Assembly: GCF_963921235.1 (NCBI RefSeq)
Contig: NC_086097.1
Span: 107,634,001-107,698,000, forward strand
DNA from: Mobula hypostoma
Taxonomy: Eukaryota
DNA: 64,000 nt
Reading direction: 5' to 3'
Part shown: in pieces, positions 47,134-59,722 of the stretch
Numbering within the stretch: position 1 is the first letter of the stretch
Layout: every line of letters starts with the position of its first letter
Program-made: the position numbers and the translations under genes
The notes under the pieces: model-generated
What the model was told of the DNA's origin: nothing
Databases searched by the model: none
The model's input: the letters and a program-made list of their open reading frames with translations, nothing else

Positions 47134-49768
47134 ATTCATTTCCCATTTCAGAATGGGAATGGGAAGTAGAATTGAAAAGATGGCCACTGGAAGATCCCGC
47201 TTTTTCTAGGTGGTCGGCGAAGCAGCCTCCCAATCTACATTGGGTCTCACTGACATACAGGAAGTCACACCAGGAGCACTGGATACTGAAGATAACTCCA
47301 ACAAACTCACAGGTGAGGTGTCCCCTCACCTGGAAGGACTAGTTGGGGTCCTGGATGGTAGTGAGGGAGGAGGTGTAGGGGCAGGCATGGCATTTGTTTT
47401 GCTTGAGAAGGATATGTGCCGGGGGGAGGTCAGTGGGGAGGGATGAATGGACAAGAGAGTTGCGTAGGGAGCAATCCCTGCAGAAAGCGAAAAGTTGGGG
47501 GGGTGGAGGGAAAGATGTGCTTGGTGGTGGGATCTGTTGGATATGGAGGAGGTTACTGAGAATTATGTGCTGGATGCGGAGGCTGATGGGGTGGTAGGTG
47601 AGGAAAAGAGGAACCCTATCCCTGGGGTGAGGGCGGACATGCCCAAAATGGAAGAGATGAGAGTGAGGGCAGCGTTGATGGTGGAGGAAAGGAAGCCCCT
47701 TTCTTTGAAGAAGAAAGACATCTCATTAGTTCTGGAATGAAAAGCCTCATTCTGAGAGCAGATGCATCGAAGACAGAGGAACTGAGAGAAGGGAATAGCA
47801 TTTTTACAGCTGACAGGTTGGAGAGGTATAGCCCAGTTTGCTGTGAGAATCAGTGGGTTTGTAAAAGATTTCAGCAGACAAACTGTCTCCAGAGTTGGAG
47901 ACAGAGAGATCAAGAAAAGGCGGGGGGAGGTGTCGGACCAGGTAAATTTGAGGGCAGGGTGGAAGTTGGAGGCAAAGTTGATGAAGTTGACAAGCTTCGC
48001 ATGGGTGCAGGAAGCAGCACCAATGCAGTCATCCATGTAGCATAGGAAAACTGGGGAAGTGGTATCAGTGCAGGCTTGAATCATAGACTGTTCCACGTAG
48101 CCAACAAAAAGGCAGGCACAGTTGGGACCCATGCGAGTGCCCACGGCTACGCCTTTTGTTTGGAGGAAGTGGGAGGAGCAGAAGGAGAAATTATTGAGAA
48201 TGAGGACCAGTTCCACCAGACAGAGGAAGGTGGTGCTAGTGGAGGGAAACTGGTTGGTTTGTTGTCCGGCAAGAAGCACAGAGCTTTAAGGCCCTCCTGA
48301 TGGGGAATGGAGATGTATAGGGACTGGATGTCCATGATGAAAATGAGACAATCATGCCCAGGGAACTTGTAAGTCATTGAAAAGATCCAGAGTGTGTGAC
48401 GTGTCATAGATGTAGGTAGGAAAGGACTGAACCGGGGGATAAAACAGAGTCGAGCTATGCAGATACAAGTTCAGTGGGGCAGAAACAATGGGTGTTACCT
48501 GGACAGGCAGGTTTGTGGATCTTGGGTAGGAGGTAGAAATGGGAGGTGCGGGGTAAGGGAACTATGAGGTTGCTGGGAGTAGACGGGAAATCACCAGAGT
48601 TAATGAAGTCAGTGATGGTGCAGGTGACAATGGCCTGGTGCTCCTTAGAGGAGATTTGTTTGAGGGGTAGGTAAGAGGAGGTGTCTGAGAATTGTCATAT
48701 AGCCTTAGGAAGGTAGAGGTCAGTCTGCCAGACTACTACAGCACCTCCCTTATCTGTGGGTTTGATGCTGAGTTCAGGATTAGAGTGGAGAGCAGTATGT
48801 TCAGGAGGAATGAGGTTAGAATTAGAGAGGAGTGTTAAAGTCAAGATAGTTGATATCACGTCGGCAGTTAGCAATGAAAAGATCTAGAGCAGGCAGAAGA
48901 CCAGGGAAGGGTGTACTGGAAGAGGAGGAAGGTTGGAGGTGGGAGAAGAGGTCATCGGTGTGGGGTGGAGAGTCCTTGCCAAAGAAATAGGCTCGGAGAT
49001 GGAGATGGAGGCAGTGGAAGAAGAGCTCAGCGTCATGGCGGGTGTGGAACTCACTAAGGTGTGGGTGCAAGAGGACAAAGCTGAGGCCCTTACTGAAGTC
49101 AACGTTCTGCCTCAGAGAGGGGAAGGTCAGAGGGAATTGTGAAGACTCAGCAGGGATGAGAGCTGGGATTGGGTGGGGGGGGGAAGGGGATTGGCAGTGC
49201 CTGAGGAGAGGGGACGGTTGTGGTTTTCAGGGATGGTGAGGTGGGAGGAAGATGAAGTCTCTGAGGACCTCAGAGCTGGCGGTGGGACCCGAGAGACACG
49301 GGACTGCAGAGTGGTGGTGAGGGAAGGGGAGACTGGGGTTCCAGTGACAGTACATATAATCCAGGCCTGGAGGTACTGTCAGTTAAAGTCCAGGCTGGAG
49401 TCGGAGATGAAGATCGAAAGTGTCCGGGGTTGTTGGAACCTGCATCGTCCAGGTTCTCCATCTGCTCAGGATTGTTAGAACCGTTGAGGTCAGTAGCAGG
49501 GATTGCAGTCTGGGGATGTCTGTGCCTGCTGGCGTTGAAGATGGTAGGTTCTGTAGTCTGTAGATGGCTGATCTTCTGATCCTTGCTGGACATGAGAAAG
49601 GCGAGTATCTGGTGATTGAAAATGTGGATCTGATGGAGGATAAAGTACCGGACAGCTCCATTGCAGGCGGCAGAGAGTAAATGCTGGAGTTGTGGAAGCA
49701 AATGGGAGAGGGACCCCAGGAACCTCCTCATGGCGGAAAGCATAGCATGTAGAACGTGGTAGGATTTT

Positions 49769-52190
49769 AATTGAATTGACTTTATTACTTACATCCTTCA
49801 TATACACGAGGAGTAAAAATCTTTATGTTACACCTCTGTCTAAATGTGCAATGTACAATTTATAGTAATTTATAATAAATAGTATGTACAACAGGATAGT
49901 CAATATAACATAGAAATATAATTGTGTCAGCATGAGTTAAGCAGTTTGATGGCCTGGTGGAAGAAGCTGTCCCGGAGCCTGTTGGTTCTGGCTTTTATGC
50001 AGTGGTATCGTTTCCCGGATGGTAGCATCTGGAACAGTTTGTGGTTGGGATGACTCAGGTCCCCAATGATCCTTCAGGCCCTTTTAACACACCTGTCTTT
50101 GTAAATGTCCTGAATAGTGGGAAGTTCACATCTACCAATGCGCTGGACTGTCTGCGCCACTCTCTGCAAAATCCTGTGATTAAGGGAGGTACAGTTCCCA
50201 TACCAAGCAGTGATGCAGCCAGTCAGGATACTCTCAATTGTGCCCCTGTAGAAAGTTCTTAAGATTTGGGGGCCCATGCCAAACTTCCTCAACCGTCTGA
50301 AGTGAAAGAGGCGCTGTTGTGCCTTTTTCACCACACGGCTGGTGTGCACAGACCACGTGAGGTCCTCGGTGATGTTTATGCTGAGGAACTTAAAGCTGTT
50401 TACCCTTTCAACCCCAGATCCATTGATATCAATAGGGGCTAGACTGTCTCCATTCCTCCTGTAGTTCACAACCAGCTGCTTTGTTTTTGCAACATTGAGG
50501 GAGAGGTTGTTTTCTTGACACCACTGTGTCAGGGTGGTGACTTCTTCTCTGTGGGCTGCTTCATTATTATTTGAGATAAAGCTAATCAATATAGTATCAT
50601 CTGTGAATTTAATTAGCAGATTGGAGCTGTGGGTGGTGAAACAGGGGCATACAGAGAGTAAAGGAGGGTGCTTAGGACACAGCCCTGAGGGGCACCTATG
50701 TTGATGGTCAGAGGTGAGGGAGCCCATTCTTATCACCTGCTGGCAATCTGACAGGAAGTCCAGGATCCAGCTACACAAGGCAAAGTGTGCTTCTCTGAGC
50801 TTCTTGTCGGGCCTGGAGGGAATTATGGTGTTGAATGCTGAACTGTAGTCCAAGAACAGCATTCTCACATAAGCATCATTCTTCTCCAGATATGTAAGGA
50901 CGGTGTATAGAGCTGTGGCTATTGCGTCATCTGTTGATCAGTTGTGGCGGTAGGAGAATTGTAGGGGGTCCAGCGTGGGTGGTAGCAAGCTGCAGATGTA
51001 GTCCTTGACCAACCTCTCAAAGCATTTGCTAATTATTGAGGTAAGTGCAACAGGACACCAGTCGTTCAGACACGTTACCTTGGTCTTTTTAGGTACAGGG
51101 ACAGTGGTGGATGTTTTGAAGCAGGAGGCCACTCTATACTGGGAGAGGGAGAGATTAAAAATGTCTGCAAACACACCAGCCAGTTGTGTCGCGCACATTC
51201 TGAGTACCTGCCCTGGGATACCATCCAGTCCCGCAGCCTTGTGACTGTCCACTCATTGGAAACCGTGCGTACTTCAGCCTCAGAGATGACCAAGGTGCAG
51301 GTTGCACTGGTAGCTCTCCTCAGGGGCTCAGTATCAGCAACATGGAATCGAGTTTAAAAAAAGATTTAGTCATCTGGGAGAGAGGCTAGAAACTCCACTG
51401 CATTTAGCTTTTAAGTATGCGATGGTGTGCAGACCTTGCCACAAGCTGCGTGTGTTGTTGGTGGAGAGTTGAGTCTGAATCTTGTCCTTGTATTGTTGTT
51501 TTGCTGCATTTCTTGAGTTCTTGATGATTACCAGTAATGTAAGCTCTGTGTCGCACAGTATGTACTGCTCGCATGGAACTATTGATCCAGGGTTTTTGAT
51601 TTGGTAGATCCTGACCAATTTCTGGGGAACAATATCCTCAGTGAACTTCTGGATGAAACTCATGACGCCATCCATGAACTCGGAGACATCCTCATCATGG
51701 AAGACATTCCAGTCCATGTCATCAAAGCAGTCCTGAAGCATGGAGGCCAATTGTTTGGACTAACAGTGGATTGTTTTAACTATGGCCGCCTTTCGTTTCA
51801 GCTTCTGTCTGTACTTTGGCACTAACAAGATGGAGGAGTGATCCGATTTTCCAAATTGGGGGTTATTGACCATGAAGCATACTCCTTTACTCTTCCCAGA
51901 GAGGTTTTTCACACCTGTCCGGCTGGAACAGGGAGAACCCAGAGGGCTCGATGGCATGATGTATCTCATCCGTCACACAGGTCTCCACAAAGCACAAAAC
52001 ATTCCTTCGTTTCCCGCTGATAGGAGATTCTGGCTCTCAGTTTGCACAGAAGTTGATTGAATATGAGTACCTGAGGCCTGCAGAGGGTCCAAATCGAGAA
52101 GCTTGAAAACTGATCTAGAAGCCATGTGGCACAAATGTCACAACCACGGATGCAGCAGTGCAGCAGATACAGCAATTACGCTGTTGAATA
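49769..52190 (-). mobile_element. Rex1/Babar LINE, degraded (APE and RT)
   Basis: [76 protein letters not shown] and (TCAAT)n tail. Confidence 0.9.
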
Positions 52191-52279
52191 TGCATGTGTC
52201 AGCTAATTGTTATCTAATTGTGGTGGTATTTAACTTCATTCTTTTTGACGTAGTGCTTGTCGAGACTTGAGCAACAGCA

Positions 52280-52927
52280 GACCTTTTTGTGCCAAGAGCC
52301 TTCATCAGAATTGGAAAGAAAGGTGAGAAGTTAGGGCAAGAAGATGGGGGGAGGGGAGGAAGATGTACAAGGTGGTAGGTGATTGGTGAAACTGGGAGGG
52401 GGAGGGGTGAAGTAAAGAGCTGGGAAGCTAATGGGTGAAAGAGATAAAGGGCTGGAGGGGGAGAATCTGATAGGAGAGGGTAGATGACAATGTAAGGAAG
52501 GGAAGGGGAGGAGCACCAGAGGGAGATGAAGGGCAGGTAAGGAGATAAGGTAAGGGAGGGAAACAGGAATGGGAATGGTGAAGGAGGTGGGGCAATTACC
52601 AGGAGTTTGAGAAATCCATTTCATGCCATCAGGTTGGAGGCTACCAAGGTGTTGCTCCTCCAACAAGAGTGTGCCCTCATCACATCTGTAGAGGAGGCCA
52701 TGGACTGACATGTTGGAATGGTAATGGGAAGTAGAATTGAAGTGGATGGCCACCAGGAGATCACGTTCTTTTTGCCACACGGAGCATAGGTGCTCGGCAG
52801 AGCGGTCTCCCAATCTACGTCAAGTCTCACCGATATACAGGACGCTACACCGTGAGTACCAGATACAGTAGATGAGCCCAACAGACTCACAGGTGAAGTG
52901 TCGCCTGACCTGGAGGGACTGTTTGCA
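52280..52927 (-). mobile_element. Penelope-like 3' part (GIY-YIG and pLTR), possibly the upstream partial-tandem copy of the 43250-49765 element
   Basis: MGDRSAEHLCSV...LEEQHLGSLQPDGM; decayed HHR at ~52280-52312; same orientation as the downstream PLE. Confidence 0.8.
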
Positions 52928-53397
52928 GCTAAAGCATCAGTTGTACATATCAATGAAAGTAAATTCATTGTCATGTGTAGATTGTGCAGATCTCCCTTTG
53001 TGATTCTTAAAAGAAACTGATTCTCTCTGTGCAGCTTCTATATTTAAGAACACATCTCTGCCAGTTTTCATGTACTTCATTTTATGAGCTACTGCTATGA
53101 TTCCTTCTGACCTGAAAGAATCATTTAGACTCTTGAAAAGAGCAGTTGTAATAAGAATAACGCATGACACTTTCATGCTGTTTACTATCATGCTGTTTGC
53201 ATTCGTGGACTACAACTTTAGGAGTAGTTTTGAATGTAGATTATTTGTTATATCTATGGCTTGCACATGAAAGAAGTCCCTTGATATCTTGGCATTGAGA
53301 ACACTACTAGGATTTTTCTTACAAGGTTCATTCACCTTCTGCCATGCCTTTCACAACAGGATGGTTTACCCTCCTCAACAGATGATGGAGTGATGCT

Positions 53398-53552
53398 AAA
53401 CACAAGAGACGCTGCAGATGCGGGAAATCCTGAGCAACACACACAAAATGATCATGCACAGTCCTGGCGAAGGGTCTCAGCCTGAAAAGTAGACTGTTTG
53501 TTCCCTCCATGGATGTTGTCTGACTTGTTGAGTTCCTCCAGCATTTTGTGTG
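53398..53552. mobile_element. Miniature inverted PLE-terminus insertion with degraded hammerhead
   Basis: PLE 3' tail on minus (53398-53450) and HHR/pLTR on plus (53459-53552); AGTGATGCT at 53389-53397 and 53560-53568. Confidence 0.7.
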
Positions 53553-54025
53553 CACTGATAGTGATGCTGGTGTTTTGTGTGACTCAGCAGGAGCTTTTAT
53601 TAGACTATAATTAGACGTGATTAAGGTTGGGGAAATTTCTAACCTTGACACTGATCTCAGCCTTTCCCTGAACTAGGTACAGGCCACTTATATCCACCTC
53701 CAGAGCCAAACAACCCAGTTACTTTCCGCAACAAAGCTGTGTTTACTCTTGAGCTCAAAAGAATTGTGAACTGTGAAAGTCAAACATTGAGATAAAAGAA
53801 AAAATGTCTAAATAAGCCGGATGGTTTAAAAGATATGTCAATTCTTATTTGATTTCTTTTTTTTGTCACACTCCTTTTATAGTAAATGTTCATGTTGGAT
53901 GGTTTTTATTGTATAAAAAGGTTAAAAGATGAGTCATTCTGAAGCTATTGCTTTCAAGAAAATCAAATAAAAGTAGTCATATAGAGAGCAGAGAAATAAA
54001 CTTATTGGAAATCTAATGGCAAGTT

Positions 54026-54440
54026 CCTCCAAGAGCACCACAATCTTGTCATGGGGTTTGGAGGCTTACGTGCCCCAGTGACCTGGAGAGCTACGATGTC
54101 TAGAGTCAGGGTTTTATGCTTTGGCTCTTGATGGGGTCACCCATGCCAAAGACTAAGAGTGGTCCACTGGTCTTCCAGGTTTGGGGGTTCAACTCAGGGC
54201 TGACAAACCTGACTGGTAAAACAAAAGTGACATGGAAACAGCAATGAAGAATTCTTCTACATCTGAGTGTGATGGTATTCCTAAGACTCCACCCAGGACT
54301 TGCATGACCGACAATAGTGAAAACCAAGCTACTGACACGATGAAGGAAGCCCTGAACACCGCCAGAGCTGGAAGACTTTCATTGCTGCCCTAAACACCAG
54401 TGGAGTAACAGGCAGTAGGTAGGTAGGTAACAGTAAGTTA
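54026..54440 (+). mobile_element. Short bipartite RTE-derived element, second copy
   Basis: Colinear with 30682-31090; (GTAG/GTAA)n tail. Confidence 0.6.
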
Positions 54441-55189
54441 GACAGTAAACAATCTTGTAATACTCCTTTAATTGTTAACAGCGACAGAATTGGAACACAC
54501 TGACAGAATATAGTGCTAAATCAGACATAATTGGTTTGTAGTTTTACTAATACAAGGAAGGTCAACTCAAGTATGTCAATGAAGCCAAGTTTTAAACATG
54601 AATCTCTGTGTTGTTTGCCATAAAGCACTGCTCTAGCATTAATTTTAAAAGTTGTCAAAGGATGTTCAGTTTGGATTTTTGTTTGACATGCAGATGAGTA
54701 TTTTCCCTAAATGTTTCCTTATTTGGAAGATGGTGTTCCATACGAAAAGCTTCTACTGAGATTTTGCACAGTTGGCAACACTAAGCTATGCAGCTGAGGT
54801 GTCAAAGCTGTAAGCATGAAAGGACCAGATGCAACGTACACCGATACTGCAACTTGTAGTAAAAGGACTTCTGCTAAAATGATGATTAAAAAGGGCAAAA
54901 GAGATAAGAAAGCAAGATCCCAAATTAATTCTCAGCAGATTTTCATGGAGTAAACAGTATTTGTGCTGGGACAGCATTTTCTCAACCTGGTACAGCCGGT
55001 AGGAGATAATTGTTGAGTTCAATGTAAAGAGTGGCATCTGCATAATATGGAACAATGCTGAGAGAAGTGTTGTAACCTCACAGATTATGTGAAGATAAGA
55101 CCTCAAAACCCTACACTTTTTAAAAACCAATTGGTTTCAGGAGAATTACATTAACACCCTAATATTCAATGACAGAAAGGCAATGGTCA

Positions 55190-57330
55190 GTCTGCTAGCA
55201 TCACCATCTTCAGCTCCATCACTGAACTCCAGCATCACCCAGGGCCGTCTGCACAGCCTGCACTGCTAGACCTAGCTCAAACTGAGTTATCAAGTTCGCT
55301 AATGACACAACAGTTGTTAACCTCATCAATGATGACGACGAATGGCAAACAGAGAGGAGGTCGAGCCACTTGTAGAATGCTATGAGTACAACAACTTGAG
55401 TCTCAACTTGGAAAAGACTAAAGGAAGGTGCAGGCTGACCACTCCTCCCTGCACATAAATGGCCCCTCTGTGGAGGGAACTAGGAGTTCCAAGTTTCGGG
55501 GAGTGCACATACAGGACAATCTCATCTGGTCCCTCAACACTTCCTCTTTGGTCAAGAAAGCACAGCAGCGTCTTCACCTACTGAAACAAGCAAGGCTCCC
55601 CACCTCCCTTCACCACCCCCCATTCTAACCAATTTTTACAGGAACACCATTGAGAGTGCCCTGAGCAGCTACATTGCCGTCTGGTATAGGAATTGCAAAG
55701 CATCTAACCTCAAGACCCTGCAAAGTATTGTGAGGACCACTGAGAGGATCTCTTAGCAGTCTTTCTACCCATCTGAGATATTTATAAGGAATGTTGCATA
55801 TAGAAACATAGAAACATAGAAAACCTGCAGCACAATACAGGCCCTTCGGCCCACAAAGTTGTGCCGAACATGTCCCTACCTCAGAAATTACTAGGCTTAC
55901 CCATAGCCCTCTATTTTTCTAAGCTCCATGTACCTATCCAAAAGTCTCTTAAAAGACCCTATCATATCCGCCTCCACCACCGTTGCCGGCAGCCCATTCC
56001 ATGCACTCACTACTCTCTGCGTAAAAAACTTACCCCTGACATCTCCTCTGTACCTACTCCCAAGCACCTTAAACCTGTGCCCTCTTGTGGCAGCCATTTC
56101 AGCCCTGGGAAAAAGCCTCTGACTATCCACATGATAAATGCCTCTCGTCATCTTATACACCTCTGTCAGGTCACCTCTCATTCTCCATCGCTCCAAGGAG
56201 AAAAGACCGAGTTCACTCAACCTGTCTTCATAAGACATGCTCCCCAATCAGGCAACATCCTTGTAAATCTCCTCTGCACCCTTTCTATAGTTTCCACATC
56301 CTTCCTGTAGTGAGGCGACCAGAACTGAGCACAGTACTCCAAGTGAGGTCTGACCAGGATCCTATATAGCTGCAACATTGCCACTCGGCTCCTAACCTCA
56401 ATCCCACGATTAATGAAGGCCAGTACACTATATGCCTTTTTAACCACAGAGTCAACCTGCACAGCTGCTTTGAGTTTCCTATGGACTCAGACCCCAAGAT
56501 CCCTCTGATCCTCCACACTGCCAAGAGTCCTATCATTAAAACTATATTCTGCCATCATATTTGACCTACCAAAATTAATAATTTCACACTTATCTGGATT
56601 GAACTCTATCTGCCACTTCTCAGCTCAGTTTTGCATCCTATCAATGTCCTGCTGTAACCTCTGACAGCCCTCCCTCCACACAATACCCCCAACCTTTGTG
56701 TCATCAGCAAACATCCCTCCACTTCTTCATCCAGGCCATTTATAAACATCACCAAAAGTAAGGGTCCCAGAACAGATCCCTGAGGCACACCAGTGGTCAC
56801 CGACCTCCATGCAGAATATGACCCGTCTACAACCACTCTTTGCCTTCTGTGGACAAGCCAGTTCTGGATCCACAAAGCATTGTCCCCTTAGATCCCATGC
56901 CTCCTTACTCTTAGCTCTTAGCCTTGTCAAGGATCCCTCCCATCCATCCACAATCTCTTTGAGCCCCTTACCATTAGGAAGGAGATACCATATTATTAGT
57001 ACAAAGGCTGTTAAGATGGGAAACAGCTTTTTCTCCTGGGCTGTGAGGCTACTGAATTCCCGGCCAACATCCAGGTCTCATCATGTAGGAAGTGTCAATA
57101 ACCATATAGAGTTTACTTTTTAACTTGTGTTGTAACTGCACCTAATGGTAAATGTCAATCTTCTGGAATGTATTTTATTATTTATTAATTTATTAGTGGT
57201 GATATTACTTTATGTGTTGTGTGTGAGTTATATGTTCTGTGTTGTGCACCTCAGTCTGGAGGAATGTTGTTTCATTTGGCAGTATACATGTATACGGCTG
57301 AATGATAATAAACTTGAATTTGAACTTGAC
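55190..57330 (+). mobile_element. Rex1/Babar RT fragment split by CR1 (55797-56910)
   Basis: KFRGVHIQDNLIWSLNTSSLVKKAQQRL; resumes VKDPSHP...LPLGRRY...NSFFSWAVRLLN; AATAAACTTGAATTTGAA tail. Confidence 0.8.
55797..56910 (-). mobile_element. CR1 LINE 3' part (another subfamily)
   Basis: [39 protein letters not shown]; (TTTCTATG)n tail. Confidence 0.92.
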
Positions 57331-57689
57331 TGTCAGTGACATTCCACCCTCCCTCCCTCCTTCATAAACAGCCACACTGTGGTTCTCCATCCTCCTCTGA
57401 CAGAGATCCCCACCCCTTTATCACTACTCTCTACAGACCAATAGTCACAAAGAAACCCCATCTTTATCCCTCCTTCATGTTCACTGGCAGTGATAGTCTT
57501 ACCTCCATGGCCATTGACATTCAAAGAGGGATAGCTCCCCTTGTTCCCTCCTTTATCCAAGCAAACATTGACATACATTAATTGATGAAATCACATCAGA
57601 AGCCCACCTCCCTAATTTGAGTTTTTTTCAGGTCAAGGTAATAATGAAACAACAATCGTAATAAACAGGAAACATCCATCAGGACTAAG

Positions 57690-59174
57690 AAACTATTTGG
57701 GAGAGGAGACAAACTGAAAACACAAACTGAGGACACAAACTGAAAATGAAGCTGACGTCTGGAGGCCAAACACAACAGTTAGAGCTTTATACATTGAAAA
57801 GGGGAGGGCCAGCACTTTTTGGATGTGAATGGTTGAGAAAAATCCAACTCGACTGGCACTCAATCAAAACTCGCAGTGTGGCATCAACAGGCAGCTGCAG
57901 CCTAAATGGTAGCACTAACCAGAGGCTGTCAGAGCTGCTTAATGCTAATCAGAAGGTGTTTGAGAAGGGAATAGATAAACAGATTGAAGACTTGGCCAAA
58001 AACTTTCGAATGCCAAAAAGTTCAAAATGCACCACTAAAATCACCGTTACATCCATGGGAGTGGCCATCTTCACCATGGCAAAGAGTATATATTGACTTT
58101 GCTGGGTCACTCATGGACTCCATGTTTCTAATTGCTGTGTATCCTCATTCAAAATGGCCAGAGGTTATATCAATGAAGACAACCACCTCAGCAAAGACTG
58201 CCTCCACCGTGAGGACTATTTTCACCAGTAACAGCTTACCCAAACAATCATGATTGACAACAGACCACAATACATGTCAGAAGAATTCCGACTGGTCATG
58301 AAGAAAAATAGATCCTCACCACCCAGCAACGAATGTTAGCTGAAAGGCTTATACAAACCTTCAAGAGGTCAAGAACCTTCAAACCTTCATTAAAGTGATG
58401 GACAAGGATGTCATTTCGCTACAACACAAGGTGGACAACTTCTTTTTTGTGTATCGGAACTCTGTACATGCAATGACAAATCAAACACCTGCAATGCTGT
58501 TCATGAACAGGAATCTGAGATCTCGCATAGACATCCTGAAACCAGACCTCTGGAGGGAAGTGCAGAATAAACAGTTCTACCAGTTGCCAAGTGAATCAGC
58601 AAGGAGCTTCTAGTTTGGACAGGAAGTCCCAGCACGTGATTACCCAGAAGGCAAGTGGACACCCAGTAGGACAGCTATGAGAACTGGACCACTGATGTAC
58701 ACAGTGAATGTTGGAGATCTGACACATGTGGACCAGATACTGGATGCCCAGCCAAAGAACACACCTGAGCCGATTGCATCCAACAAGACAGACACATTAC
58801 AGCCACCGGACTTACCTCTCAGTGATGATCATGTCTCTGACAGCGACATGATACCAGCAACCAAGAGCGTTCTCTTAGACAAGACACCTAGCAAACCTAA
58901 TGCCACTCCGCAGGTCCAGAGGCACTATCCTGACAGAAACAGAGTGCCACCCAAAAGAGTGAACCTTTAGAACTGTGAAGTTAGTTATGGACTGTTATTG
59001 TGAAAGCATGTTTATTTGGATAATGGGTTTATGAAAGGGAAATTGAATATTTTGTATATATACAGTTTTATGTTACACCACTAAAGGGGAGGAAATGTAA
59101 TGTATGGATCTATTTCTTTTAGAGCCATGACTCCTCCCACCCCCAGCACGATGTATTGATCTGTTGTCTGTGCA

Positions 59175-59178
<4 letters not shown>
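57690..59178 (+). mobile_element. Deleted Gypsy (Mag-like) element: protease end, integrase, PPT and start of 3' LTR at 59096
   Basis: GPALFGCEWLRKIQLDW joined to LHPWEWPSSPWQRVYIDFAG...HSKWPEV; tail RHYPDRNRVPPKRVNL*; AAAGGGGAGGAAA|TGTAATG. Confidence 0.85.
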
Positions 59179-59223
<45 letters not shown>

Positions 59224-59722
59224 CTCTCCCTCTCTCCCTCTCTCTCCCTCTCTCCCTCTCTCTCTCCCTGTCCCTGTCCCTCTCTCTCCCTCTCTCTCTC
59301 CCTCTCTCTCCCTCTCTCTCCCTCTCTCCCTCTCTCTCACTCTCTCTCTCTTCCTCTCTCCCTCTCCCTCTCTCTCTCCCTCTCTCACTCTCTCTCCTTC
59401 TCCCTCTGTCTCCCTCTCTCACTCTCTCCCCTTCTCCCTCTCTCCCTCTCTCTCCCTCTCTCCCTCTTCCTCTCCCTCTCTCTCTCCCTCTCTCTCCCTC
59501 CCTCTCTCTCTCTCTCACTCTCTCTCCTCCCTCTCTCCCCCCCTCTCTCTCTCCCTCTAACTCTCCCTCTCTCTCTCACTCTCTCCCCTCCTCCCTCTCT
59601 CCCTCTCTCTCCCTCTACCTCTCACTCTCATCCCTCTCCCTCTCTCTCTCTCTCTCACTCTCTCCCCTTCTCCCTCTCTCTCTCTCCCTCTCTCCCTCTC
59701 CCTCTCCCTCTCTCTCCCTCTC
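59179..59722. repeat. Imperfect (CT)n/(CCCTCT)n polypyrimidine tract
   Basis: Directly visible. Confidence 0.97.

Larger units (their letters stand above)
43250..49765 (-). mobile_element. Near-complete degraded Penelope-like element (RT and GIY-YIG) interrupted by CR1 at 43790-47143
   Basis: MDIQSLYISIPHQEGLKAL, FLQTKGVAVGTRMGPNCACLFVGYVE, FLCYMDDCIG, NFHPALKFTW; GIY-YIG region split across the CR1; decayed HHR at ~43338-43376. Confidence 0.9.
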
